Below are positions 28,566 to 37,664 of a stretch of DNA of 64,000 nt, in pieces. This stretch comes from Paludibacteraceae bacterium. GTDB lineage: Bacteria; Bacillota_I; Bacilli_A; RFN20; CAG-826. The position numbers and the translations under genes are program-made. The stretch is taken from positions 5,926-69,925 of the forward strand of contig CAVFEQ010000003.1 in NCBI GenBank assembly GCA_963621535.1. Reading direction: 5' to 3'. The notes below the pieces were generated by a model. The model was not told where the DNA came from. It did not search any database and saw only the letters and a program-made list of their open reading frames with translations. Numbering within the stretch: position 1 is the stretch's first letter; every line of letters begins with the position of its first letter.

Positions 28566-29546
28566 ATGATTATTTCCAGAGCGCCATTCCGAGTTTCCTT
28601 CTGCGGTGGAGGGAGCGATATACCCTCTTTCTATGAGAAGTACACGGGGTGCGTATTGTCGACCACGATACGCAAATACGTCTATATCACGATAAACAAG
28701 GCCTTTAACAAAGACTCCATAACGTTGAAGTACTCCCAAACGGAAGTCGTGAACGACCCTTCCCAAATTCAGCACCGAATTTTCAAACAAGTTCTGAGCG
28801 ATTTTGGCACGAAAGGCGTCGAAATCACCTCAATGGCGGACATTCCTGCCGGAACCGGCCTTGGCTCATCCAGCTCATTCACGGTCGCCCTTATAAAAGC
28901 TCTCTACGCTTTTAATTCCAACTCCGTTTCGGCCTATAAAGTGGCGAAAGAAGCGTGTGATGTAGAGATTAATCAATTGGGAAACCCCATTGGGAAGCAA
29001 GATCAATTCGCCGCGGCCTTCGGCGGTATTCGTTACTATGAGTTCGAGCCCGACGGATTCGTGAAAGTCGAGCCGATCATCATGAGCAAGTCAGCGCGAA
29101 ATCACCTAGAAGCCTCGATGATGCTCTTTTACACTGGGGCGTTGCATGATGCGAACAAAATCCTTGGCGAGGAGAGCAAAAACCTAGCCTCCGCCAACGA
29201 AAAAATAAACGCAACGAAAACCCTTTGCGACATGACGAAAGAACTGAAAATCAGTCTTGAGGAAAATGACGTAGACGCCATAGGCCCATGCCTAAAAAGA
29301 GGTTGGGAAATCAAGAAAAGCTTGGCTTCAGGCATCACTAGTCCCCTCATCGATCATTGCTATGAACTCGGGATTAAGGCCGGCGCAACAGGAGGCAAAC
29401 TATTAGGTGCCGGCGGAGGCGGATTTTTGCTTTTCTATGTCCCTGATTCTTCAAAAAGGGCGCAAATCCGGGCTGCTTTGCACGATTTAAAGGAAATGCC
29501 GTTCGAATTAGACCAATCGGGCGTAAGCATTATTTATACAGAATGA
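28566..29546 (+). CDS. hddA: D-glycero-alpha-D-manno-heptose 7-phosphate kinase (GHMP kinase)
   Basis: 326 aa. GHMP motif PAGTGLGSSSS. Glycine-rich C-terminal GATGGKLLGAGGGGF. First gene of the heptose trio. Confidence 0.75.
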   Translation: MIISRAPFRVSFCGGGSDIPSFYEKYTGCVLSTTIRKYVYITINKAFNKDSITLKYSQTEVVNDPSQIQHRIFKQVLSDFGTKGVEITSMADIPAGTGLGSSSSFTVALIKALYAFNSNSVSAYKVAKEACDVEINQLGNPIGKQDQFAAAFGGIRYYEFEPDGFVKVEPIIMSKSARNHLEASMMLFYTGALHDANKILGEESKNLASANEKINATKTLCDMTKELKISLEENDVDAIGPCLKRGWEIKKSLASGITSPLIDHCYELGIKAGATGGKLLGAGGGGFLLFYVPDSSKRAQIRAALHDLKEMPFELDQSGVSIIYTE

Positions 29547-30850
29547 TCGCCTTGATTCAAGCCGGCGGGGCCGGCACAAGATTAAAGTCAATCACCGGCG
29601 ATTTGCCAAAGCCAATGGTGAGCATTTGTGGCAAACCAATTTTGCAATGGCAAATCGAATCAATGATATCTTCAGGGATCGACCATTTCATTTTGGTCGT
29701 TTCCAACAAGTCGACCGCCGTTCAGGACTATTTTGGGGATGGCTCAAAATTAGGCTGTGAAATCGACTACATCATTGAAACTTCCCCTTTGGGATCAGGT
29801 GGGGCGCTCGCTTTGGTTGCCTCTAAAATCAAAGAAGATTTCATTCTCTGTTTCGGCGATTTGATGCTCGATATCGATTGGCAAAGATTCATGGAGTTTC
29901 ATAAGAAAAGCGGCTCCATCATCACTGCTTTTTGCCATCCGAATTCCCACCCATACGACTCTGACATCTTAATCGCTAACAAAAGCGGAAAGATCATTAG
30001 CATCCTTCCCAAAAGCCAACCGCGGGACTTTTTCTACGCCAATCTCACAAACGCCGGAATCTATTGCGTTTCGCCTGATCTTCTAGAGACGTTCGATGAT
30101 GAACAACCCATCAAAATGGATTTCGAAAAAGACCTTTTGATTCCGACAATCGCTTGTGAAGGAGCGTTCGCTTATCGCAGTTCCGAATACGTAAAAGACG
30201 CCGGAACGCCCGATAGATTCGCCTCCGTCACTGAGGACTGTCAAAAAGGCATTATCTCCGCAAAAAGTTTAAAAAACCCGCAAAAAGCCATTTTTTTGGA
30301 TCGCGATGGGACGATAAACGTCTTCGGAAGTTTTGTGACAGAGCCGTCAAAGCTAAACCTTATGCCGCAAGCGCCTTCGGCAATCAAACGCATCAATCGC
30401 TCATCTTATTTAGCGATTTGCGTCACCAATCAGCCCGTTGTCGCAAGAGGAGAAACCAGTTTCGAAGTCCTCCACGAGATTCACTGCAAAATGGAAGATC
30501 TGTTAGGGAATGAAGACGCTTATCTTGACGACATCTATTTTTGTCCCCACCACCCAGACAAAGGCTTCCCCGGCGAAGTTCCAAGCCTAAAAATCCATTG
30601 CGATTGCAGAAAGCCAAAAATCGGAATGCTTTTAAAGGCAAAAGCCAAATACAACATCGATTTGTCAAAATCCTGGTTCGTCGGAGACACGTGCCAAGAT
30701 GTGCAAACAGGCATAAACGCCGGCTGCAAAACAATCCTGCTTCTCGGCGGAGATCCCCATCCATACGCTAAATACGGCGACGCCAAGCCGGATTTTATAT
30801 GCAACACGATTGACGAGGCCATTGATTACATTCTCGCGAAGGAGGAATGA
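29543..30850 (+). CDS. bifunctional D-glycero-alpha-D-manno-heptose-1-phosphate guanylyltransferase / D,D-heptose-1,7-bisphosphate phosphatase
   Basis: N-terminal nucleotidyltransferase (QAGGAGTRL). C-terminal HAD GmhB signature FLDRDGTIN plus Zn-binding CPHHPDKGF...CDCRKP. Confidence 0.75.
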   Translation: MIALIQAGGAGTRLKSITGDLPKPMVSICGKPILQWQIESMISSGIDHFILVVSNKSTAVQDYFGDGSKLGCEIDYIIETSPLGSGGALALVASKIKEDFILCFGDLMLDIDWQRFMEFHKKSGSIITAFCHPNSHPYDSDILIANKSGKIISILPKSQPRDFFYANLTNAGIYCVSPDLLETFDDEQPIKMDFEKDLLIPTIACEGAFAYRSSEYVKDAGTPDRFASVTEDCQKGIISAKSLKNPQKAIFLDRDGTINVFGSFVTEPSKLNLMPQAPSAIKRINRSSYLAICVTNQPVVARGETSFEVLHEIHCKMEDLLGNEDAYLDDIYFCPHHPDKGFPGEVPSLKIHCDCRKPKIGMLLKAKAKYNIDLSKSWFVGDTCQDVQTGINAGCKTILLLGGDPHPYAKYGDAKPDFICNTIDEAIDYILAKEE

Positions 30851-31458
30851 CCATGGATTTCAAAAACAAGATCAAAAATTACCTAGACAACGAAACCAAA
30901 GTCATCGCCGCTTTGGACACCGAGGAAATCAACAAAACAATGAATGCCCTCCTCGATTGCTATAACCGCGGGGGCACCGTCTACACCTGTGGAAACGGAG
31001 GCAGCGCCTCCACCGCTACCCACATGGTGTGCGATTTTGGCAAGGGAACATGCTATGACTTGGAAAAAAAGTTCCATTTCGTTTGCCTGAACGACAACAT
31101 CCCCACCATTTTGGCGATCGCCAACGACGACTCTTACGACAACGTCTTTGTCTATCAGCTTAAAGATCGGCTTACCAAAAACGATATATTGCTCGCCATC
31201 TCCGGCTCAGGAAACAGCCACAACATCATCAAGGCCGTAGATTACGCAAAAGAAGTCGGCGCAAAAGTCATCGGCATGACCGGCTATAACGGCGGCAAGC
31301 TCATGAAAGCGGCCGATTATCACCTTCACGCCCCGATTGACGACATGCAGATCACCGAAGACGTGCATTTGATTTTCAATCACATGATGATGCAGATATT
31401 TTGGCAGTACCTCCAAGAAATAAACGGCAAAGAAGCCATTTACAAAATCAATCAATAA
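30847..31458 (+). CDS. gmhA: phosphoheptose (sedoheptulose-7-phosphate) isomerase, SIS domain
   Basis: 203 aa. SIS motifs CGNGGSASTATH and AISGSGNS. Confidence 0.8.
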   Translation: MTMDFKNKIKNYLDNETKVIAALDTEEINKTMNALLDCYNRGGTVYTCGNGGSASTATHMVCDFGKGTCYDLEKKFHFVCLNDNIPTILAIANDDSYDNVFVYQLKDRLTKNDILLAISGSGNSHNIIKAVDYAKEVGAKVIGMTGYNGGKLMKAADYHLHAPIDDMQITEDVHLIFNHMMMQIFWQYLQEINGKEAIYKINQ

Positions 31459-31621
31459 GGACGCGAAATCGTTAGAAACCAAGCGGAAAACGATTCGTTT
31501 CGCTTATTTTCTTTTACTTTGCCGCTTTTTGGTTATTTTTGGTTCCTCTAAGGCGTTGGAAGTGCTACCATTCCACCGCTAGGGCTTTATAAAAGCCCTT
31601 AATTGTCTTTAGGAGGACAAC

Positions 31622-34267
31622 ATGGCAGAAAAGAAGTACGTCTATTCCTTCAAGGAAGCCCACGAGTACAAACTCGGCAAGGATATCCTTGGCGGAAAAG
31701 GTTTCGGACTTGCTGAAATGACCGCCGCAGGGGTCAACATCCCCGCTGGTTTCACCATTTCCACCGAAGCCTGCACCCTTTATTACGATTCCGGGAAAGC
31801 CATCCCTGATTTCGTGTGGGATGACATCGTGAACCACCTTCACGAAGTCGAAAAAATCAATGGCAAATCCTTCGGCGGAGGCACCGGCGTGCCTTTGCTC
31901 GTCTCGGTCCGTTCTGGCGCCCGTCAGTCCATGCCGGGCATGATGGACACCATCCTCAACCTCGGCCTTAACGACAAGACCGTCGATGAGCTCGCCAAAG
32001 CCGCCAACAACGAGCGCTTTGCTTGGGATTCCTATCGCCGCTTCATGTTGATGTTCACCAATATTGCCAAAGGACATCCGCGCACCGAAATGGATGCGAT
32101 GCTCGACAAGATCAAGACCGACAACGGCTACAAGCTCGACACCGAAGTCACCACCGATCAGCTCAAAGGTCTCGTCAAAGATTACAAAGCTTATTACAAG
32201 AAGATCTTCGGCGAAGACTTCCCGACCGATCCTTACGTTCAGCTCAAAGAAGCCGTCGCCGCCGTTTTCCGCAGCTGGGACAACCCCCGCGCGAACGTCT
32301 ATCGTCAAATGAACGGCATCCCCTATGAATGGGGCACCGCCGTCAACGTTCAGACCATGGTCTTCGGCAATATGGGCGAAGATTCTGGCACCGGCGTCGC
32401 TTTCTCCCGTGACCCCGGCACCGGCGAAAAGAAAATCTACGCCGAATTCCTTCCCAACGCCCAAGGCGAAGACGTCGTCGCTGGCGTCCGCACGCCTCTT
32501 CACATCGACGCTCTCAAAGAGAGAATGCCGAAAGTCTATGACGAATTCCTCGCGACCATCACCCGCATGGAAAATTATTTCCACGATATGCAGGATATGG
32601 AATACACCGTCGAGCACGAGAAGCTTTACTTCCTCCAGGCCCGTAACGGCAAGCGCACCGCGCGTGCCGCCCTCAAGATCGCTTGCGACCTTGTCGACGA
32701 AGGCTTGATCGACGAAAAAGAAGCGGTCCTCCGCGTCGAGCCGAAGCAGCTCAATGACTTGCTCCACCCGACCTTCGACACCGCTGACCTCAAAGCTCAC
32801 GACGCCGTCATCCACGGCCTCCCCGCCTCTCCGGGTGCTGGCACTGGCGCCATCGTCTTCACTGCCGATGAGTGCAAAGAGTGGCACGACGCTGGCAAGA
32901 AAGTCATCCTTGTCCGTTCCGAAACCTCCCCTGAGGACATCATCGGCATGGTCAACTCCGAGGCTATCCTCACCGCTCGTGGCGGCATGACCTCCCACGC
33001 CGCGGTCGTTGCTCGTTCCATGGGCAAATGCTGCGTCGCCGGCGCGACCGAAATCGTCGTCAACGAAGAAGCCAAGACCGTCACCGTCGGCAACAAGGTC
33101 TATCACGAAGGCGACATCCTCTCCGTCAACGGATCCACTGGTCTTGTTTACGAAGGCGCCATCAAGATGGTCCCCGCCGACCTCGGTGGAGACTTCGGCC
33201 GTCTCATGGGCTGGGCCGACAAATATCGTCGCCTCAAAGTCCGCGTCAACGCCAACACCGTCGCTGACGCCAATAATGGCAACCGCTTCGGCGCCGAAGG
33301 CATTGGCCTTTGCCGCACTGAGCGTATGTTCTTCGCCCCTGAGCGCATCCTCCACATGCGTGAGATGATCCTCTCCGACACGACCGAACAACGCGAAGCC
33401 GCTCTTGAGAAGATTCGTCCTTTCCTCGCGGATGACTTCCGCCAGATGTACGAAGCGAATCCCGACACCCTCGTCAATATTCGTCTTCTCGACCCCCCGC
33501 TACACGAATTCCTCCCCGAAATCCACGATGACAAAACCATCGCCGAAATCGCGGGTCAGCTCGGTGTCAGCGAACAAAAGGTCCGTGACCGCATCAATCA
33601 GCTCCACCAGGCCAACCCGATGATGGGCTTCCGCGGCGTTCGTCTCTGCGTTGCCTATCCGGAAATCTACGCTGTCCTTGCGCGCGCCATTATCCAGGCT
33701 GCCATCGAGGCCAGCAAGAAAGTCGGCAAAGACATCGAGCCCGAGATCATGATCCCTCTCTGCGGCGAGCTCAAAGAGTATCGCTGGGCGAAGAAAACCG
33801 TCATCGACACCGTCGAAGACGAAATGGCCAAAGAAGGCAAGAAACTCGTCTACCACATCGGTATGATGATCGAAATTCCACGCGCTTGCATCCGCGCCGG
33901 TGAACTTGCCAAAGAGGCTGAATTCTTCTCCTTCGGGACCAACGACCTCACCCAGCTCACCATGGGCTTCTCCCGCGATGACTCTGGTCAGTTCCTCCCT
34001 TACTACTACGATCGCAAGATTTACGAATTCGATCCGTTCCAGACCGTCGACATCGACGGCGTCGGCGAACTCGTGAAGATGGCCGTCGAACGTGGCCGCG
34101 CCTCCAACAAAGACCTCCTTATCGGTGTTTGCGGTGAGACCGGTGGTGATGCCGCCTCCATCGAATTCTACGATGCTGTCGGTCTTGACTACGTTTCTTG
34201 CTCGCCCTTCCGCGTCCCGCTTGCCCGCCTTGCTGCAGCCCAAGCTGCGATCAAGCACAGCAAGTAA
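31622..34267 (+). CDS. ppdK: pyruvate, phosphate dikinase
   Basis: 881 aa. Phosphohistidine region GGMTSHAAVVAR, PEP-utilising TIM-barrel C-terminus. Strongly biased towards C/G-ending codons. Confidence 0.95.
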   Translation: MAEKKYVYSFKEAHEYKLGKDILGGKGFGLAEMTAAGVNIPAGFTISTEACTLYYDSGKAIPDFVWDDIVNHLHEVEKINGKSFGGGTGVPLLVSVRSGARQSMPGMMDTILNLGLNDKTVDELAKAANNERFAWDSYRRFMLMFTNIAKGHPRTEMDAMLDKIKTDNGYKLDTEVTTDQLKGLVKDYKAYYKKIFGEDFPTDPYVQLKEAVAAVFRSWDNPRANVYRQMNGIPYEWGTAVNVQTMVFGNMGEDSGTGVAFSRDPGTGEKKIYAEFLPNAQGEDVVAGVRTPLHIDALKERMPKVYDEFLATITRMENYFHDMQDMEYTVEHEKLYFLQARNGKRTARAALKIACDLVDEGLIDEKEAVLRVEPKQLNDLLHPTFDTADLKAHDAVIHGLPASPGAGTGAIVFTADECKEWHDAGKKVILVRSETSPEDIIGMVNSEAILTARGGMTSHAAVVARSMGKCCVAGATEIVVNEEAKTVTVGNKVYHEGDILSVNGSTGLVYEGAIKMVPADLGGDFGRLMGWADKYRRLKVRVNANTVADANNGNRFGAEGIGLCRTERMFFAPERILHMREMILSDTTEQREAALEKIRPFLADDFRQMYEANPDTLVNIRLLDPPLHEFLPEIHDDKTIAEIAGQLGVSEQKVRDRINQLHQANPMMGFRGVRLCVAYPEIYAVLARAIIQAAIEASKKVGKDIEPEIMIPLCGELKEYRWAKKTVIDTVEDEMAKEGKKLVYHIGMMIEIPRACIRAGELAKEAEFFSFGTNDLTQLTMGFSRDDSGQFLPYYYDRKIYEFDPFQTVDIDGVGELVKMAVERGRASNKDLLIGVCGETGGDAASIEFYDAVGLDYVSCSPFRVPLARLAAAQAAIKHSK

Positions 34268-34290
34268 TCTGCTTTAAATAGCAAAACAAA

Positions 34291-34325
34291 AGCACGATTC
34301 TCCAAAAGGGAATTCGTGCTTTTTT
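34291..34325 (+). terminator. rho-independent terminator after ppdK
   Basis: AGCACGA(TTC)...(GAATTC)TCGTGCT stem followed by TTTTTT. Confidence 0.65.
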
Positions 34326-34411
34326 ATATTTTTCGTAACTTTTAGAAGGAAAATTTCAAAAATTCGAGTTTTTTAAGGGTGCAGAAAAGTCGCCTTGTAA
34401 TATCACTTCAA

Positions 34412-34675
34412 TCAAAGCTCGTCGCCATAGAAGACGAAATCGTTGTTCGCATCGATTTCGCCAACCATGCGATTATTGAAATAAATCTCGCCGATATCGC
34501 TTATTTCGCCGATTTTCGCGCCGTTTCTTAATAGAAGTCCGTCGCTAGTGAGCCTAGCAAAGTTTTTTCCAGAGATCGTAATCGCCGCGTCTCCATCGCC
34601 TAGACGTTCGATATAGCCGACAAGCTGCTCGCCGATATAGACGTCATGTCCATAACTTGATGTGCAATCCAACAT
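34412..34675 (-). CDS. small hypothetical protein with about five short Gly/Ile-rich repeats
   Basis: 87 aa. Repeats such as AKIGEISDIGEIYFNNRMVGEIDANNDFVFYGDEL. No recognisable family. Confidence 0.4.
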   Translation of the reverse strand: MLDCTSSYGHDVYIGEQLVGYIERLGDGDAAITISGKNFARLTSDGLLLRNGAKIGEISDIGEIYFNNRMVGEIDANNDFVFYGDEL

Positions 34676-34705
34676 AAATTCTCTCCTTTAAAGAAAAAGA
34701 CCCTT

Positions 34706-35554
34706 TCAGACAAGGATCTTGGTAAGACGAACGATATACCCCATTCTATCTAGCTTGCGATAAGCTTCGCGGCAGAGGGAATCCGATTTAGACATGGCGA
34801 AGCAGCAAGAGCCAGAGCCGGACATCGAAACGATGGGGAAGCCGAATTTCCTTAGAGCGGAATAGACTTCGCCAATTTCAGGCAACAAGCTTTCCGCGGG
34901 GGCCATAAGGTCGTTGCCGATTCCTCTAGCGATCTTGTTCTCGTCATATTCAGCGAGGCCTTCTTCCACCAAGGCGGTATTCACGTTCGTCTTGGGGAAA
35001 TTGTCGCAAACGCGATAAACATCCGAGGTGGAAACTCCCTGTTTTGGTTTAACAAGAAGTACATTCCAGTTTTTCTTTACCTCGATTTCTTTCATCGTCT
35101 CGCCGATGCCGCCCACTTCCATCGGGCGGTTTTTCAAAAAGAAAGGGACATCCGCGCCGATTTTTAGGCCAATCTCGGAAAGTTCTTCAATACTCGCATT
35201 CAAGCGAAGGATTTTGTTCAGGCCAAGAAGAACGGTGGCCGCGTTGCTTGATCCTCCGCCTAAACCTGCCGCGAAGGGGATCTCTTTATGGATCTTGATC
35301 AAGAAATGGTCTTCGAAGCCATATTTCTCCTTCATCAAATTGAAGGCTTTGGAACATAGGTTGTGTTTCAACGCGGAAAGGCCGGGATCATCGCAGGTGA
35401 TATGCGTCTCAATACGCTTTGGAAGACGTTCGAAGACGATGATGTCATGCAACATCAAAGGGAGATTCACCATTTCTAATAGGTGATAGCCATCATCTCT
35501 GGTGCCCAAGACCTTCAGGCTGAGATTGATTTTGGCGAAAGATTTGCTAATCAT
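34706..35554 (-). CDS. ispE: 4-diphosphocytidyl-2-C-methyl-D-erythritol kinase
   Basis: 282 aa. N-terminus KINLSLKVLGTRDDGYH and GHMP motif PFAAGLGGGSSNAA. Confidence 0.9.
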   Translation of the reverse strand: MISKSFAKINLSLKVLGTRDDGYHLLEMVNLPLMLHDIIVFERLPKRIETHITCDDPGLSALKHNLCSKAFNLMKEKYGFEDHFLIKIHKEIPFAAGLGGGSSNAATVLLGLNKILRLNASIEELSEIGLKIGADVPFFLKNRPMEVGGIGETMKEIEVKKNWNVLLVKPKQGVSTSDVYRVCDNFPKTNVNTALVEEGLAEYDENKIARGIGNDLMAPAESLLPEIGEVYSALRKFGFPIVSMSGSGSCCFAMSKSDSLCREAYRKLDRMGYIVRLTKILV

Positions 35555-36354
35555 AAGCTTGCTTTTGTTAAGGCTAGATACTCTTCGGGAGTTAATTGCT
35601 CCGGGCGCTTGTTCGGGTCGATATTTGCCGCAAGGAGAATATTAGTTGCTTTTGCTTGGTCTTTCATCACCGTTTTTAAATTATTCGCGATTGTTTTCCT
35701 TCTTTGCAGGAACAAAGAGGAAGCAAGAGAATAAACCTTCCCCAGCAATTCAAGATTCCTATTGTCTTTGTAAGTGTAAGAAAGGACTGCGCTATCAACG
35801 TGCGGAGATGGGGCAAAGGAGGAGCGAGGGACCTTGAATTCTCTTTTCAAGCAGCCTGAAAGGGATAAAAGGATGTTCAAGGGGCCATAATCTTTGCTGC
35901 CCACTTGGCTAAGCAAGCGCTCAGCGGCCTCTTTTTGCACCATGATGGCCATGCGTTTGCAGCTAGCCGCGCCAAGCAAGATTTTTTCAAGGATCCCCGA
36001 GGTGATGTAATAAGGCAAATTGCCCACGATCTTGGTGTATTTTGCATAATCCCATCTCATCGCGTTCCCTTGAACGAGGTTCATGCTGGATGAAGGGAAG
36101 TCTTTGCGGCATTTTGCAAGCATCGCCTCATCGATGTCGATAGCATCCCCGCACGCTTTGATTTCATCCAAAAAGAAAGTCAAAGACCCCGCACCGCAGC
36201 CGATTTCCAAAACAGAATCCTCACTTTGGACATCTAAAAGCGAGATGATCCTCTCCGCGGCGGATGGATCAATCAGAAAATTCTGCCCCACCTCTTTTTT
36301 GGCAAGGAGCTTATAGGAATTCACTTCTTCAAAGAATCGTTCTTTGTCTTTCAT
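35551..36354 (-). CDS. rsmA: 16S rRNA (adenine1518/1519-N6)-dimethyltransferase
   Basis: 267 aa. SAM motif LEIGCGAGSLT and KsgA motif GNLPYYIT. Confidence 0.9.
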   Translation of the reverse strand: MKDKERFFEEVNSYKLLAKKEVGQNFLIDPSAAERIISLLDVQSEDSVLEIGCGAGSLTFFLDEIKACGDAIDIDEAMLAKCRKDFPSSSMNLVQGNAMRWDYAKYTKIVGNLPYYITSGILEKILLGAASCKRMAIMVQKEAAERLLSQVGSKDYGPLNILLSLSGCLKREFKVPRSSFAPSPHVDSAVLSYTYKDNRNLELLGKVYSLASSLFLQRRKTIANNLKTVMKDQAKATNILLAANIDPNKRPEQLTPEEYLALTKASL

Positions 36355-36887
36355 TTCATCGCCTCTTCTAAATCTTTAACCGACAAGTTGAGCGCGTTCG
36401 CCCTTTTTAGGAACGTCTTCGCGTTCCCGTGCCCTAGATGCAGCTTCTCCTCGACTTCCGCCCGGCGAGTTTCTGATCCAGGCAAACCCGCAAGACCTAA
36501 ATCAAGCAAGTCGCTGGCGGTCAAGTTTCCGCGAATCGGCGGATCTGAGGGAACAACGTGAGACAAAGCAAGAAGCACTTCGTCTTTGCTGCTTTCTGCC
36601 ACGCCTACCTTATGATGTTTGATGGATTTTTCTTTTCGGACAAAGGCGTGCAAGACTCCGGGGACGGCTTCCGCGATCAAATCGCGGATGCGTTTCCCAG
36701 GGGAATCAGGATCGGTCAAAACGACGATCGAACGAGTTTTCGACGCCCGTTGCAGATAATCAATTGTTTCACGTGAAACCTCTGACCCATTCGTGGTAAC
36801 GATGTCAGCATCGATGAAAGAGTGTAGGAATGCCTCATCTGAGGTTCCTTCGACCACGATTATGGAGGAATAAGGGGTCTTACTCAT
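36351..36887 (-). CDS. rnmV: ribonuclease M5 (TOPRIM domain)
   Basis: 178 aa. IIVVEGTSDEA...VTTNGS...VVLTDPDSPGKRIR aligns with B. subtilis RnmV. Sits between tatD and rsmA as in Bacillus. Confidence 0.8.
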   Translation of the reverse strand: MSKTPYSSIIVVEGTSDEAFLHSFIDADIVTTNGSEVSRETIDYLQRASKTRSIVVLTDPDSPGKRIRDLIAEAVPGVLHAFVRKEKSIKHHKVGVAESSKDEVLLALSHVVPSDPPIRGNLTASDLLDLGLAGLPGSETRRAEVEEKLHLGHGNAKTFLKRANALNLSVKDLEEAMK

Positions 36888-37663
36888 AGTTCCACGCGGA
36901 ACAATCTTGTGAAATTCTCATTCATCTTCTCCGCGACCTCTTCGACGCTCATTTTACGGATTTCCGCTATCTTTTCGACCAAAATAGGGATGTTTTTGCT
37001 TTCATTTCGGCTTCCCCGATAAGGCACGGGGGCCAAATAAGGGGAATCTGTTTCTACAAGCAGGCGATCAAGTGGGCAGGCTTCCACGCAAAGCCTCGGC
37101 TCATGCGCGTTTTTGTATGTGATTGGGCCATCAAAGCCAAAATACATACCCAGCTTGGCAAATTCTTTCAAACTCTCAACAGACCCTGAATAACAATGCA
37201 AAACGCCTTTCTTTTTAAGCGGATGGCTTTTCAGGATCTCCAAGGTATCCCCAATAGCTTCCCGGGCATGAATGGAAACAGGCAGCTCAAGCTCGTTGGC
37301 TAAATCGATTTGTTTGATGAACCACTCCTTTTGCCTTTCGTGGTCCTTAGGGTCTTTATACCAGTGATAATCAAGGCCGATTTCCCCAATCCCGACGACT
37401 TTCTCGTCTTTCGCAAGTTCGCGAAAAACGTCCAAGTCGCCTTCAAGCGCCCCTTCCAAATTCTCCGGCTGATAACCGACTAGGGCATAGCAAGAAGGGA
37501 ATTCGTTCGCGATCTCCACCGCCCTTCTGCTCGAAGGAAGGTCATAGCCAATCACTAAGAGTGATTTAACCCCCGCGTCCAAGGCGCGATCAACGACCTC
37601 TTTCCGTTCAAGATAAAGTCCATCGTCATTCAAATGGCAATGCGAATCAAAGTAAACAGCCAT
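36884..37663 (-). CDS. tatD: TatD-family metal-dependent DNase/hydrolase
   Basis: 259 aa. FDSHCHLND and the GEIGLDYHW motif. Confidence 0.85.
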   Translation of the reverse strand: MAVYFDSHCHLNDDGLYLERKEVVDRALDAGVKSLLVIGYDLPSSRRAVEIANEFPSCYALVGYQPENLEGALEGDLDVFRELAKDEKVVGIGEIGLDYHWYKDPKDHERQKEWFIKQIDLANELELPVSIHAREAIGDTLEILKSHPLKKKGVLHCYSGSVESLKEFAKLGMYFGFDGPITYKNAHEPRLCVEACPLDRLLVETDSPYLAPVPYRGSRNESKNIPILVEKIAEIRKMSVEEVAEKMNENFTRLFRVEL

Positions 37664-37664
37664 A

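Noticed and set aside
31565-33391. 608-aa minus-strand ORF, plus several 80-250-aa ORFs, antisense to ppdK
   Set aside because: Entirely contained within the well-supported ppdK frame. The translation is Gly/Asp/Val-rich and of low complexity, as expected for the antisense of a GC-rich, codon-biased gene.
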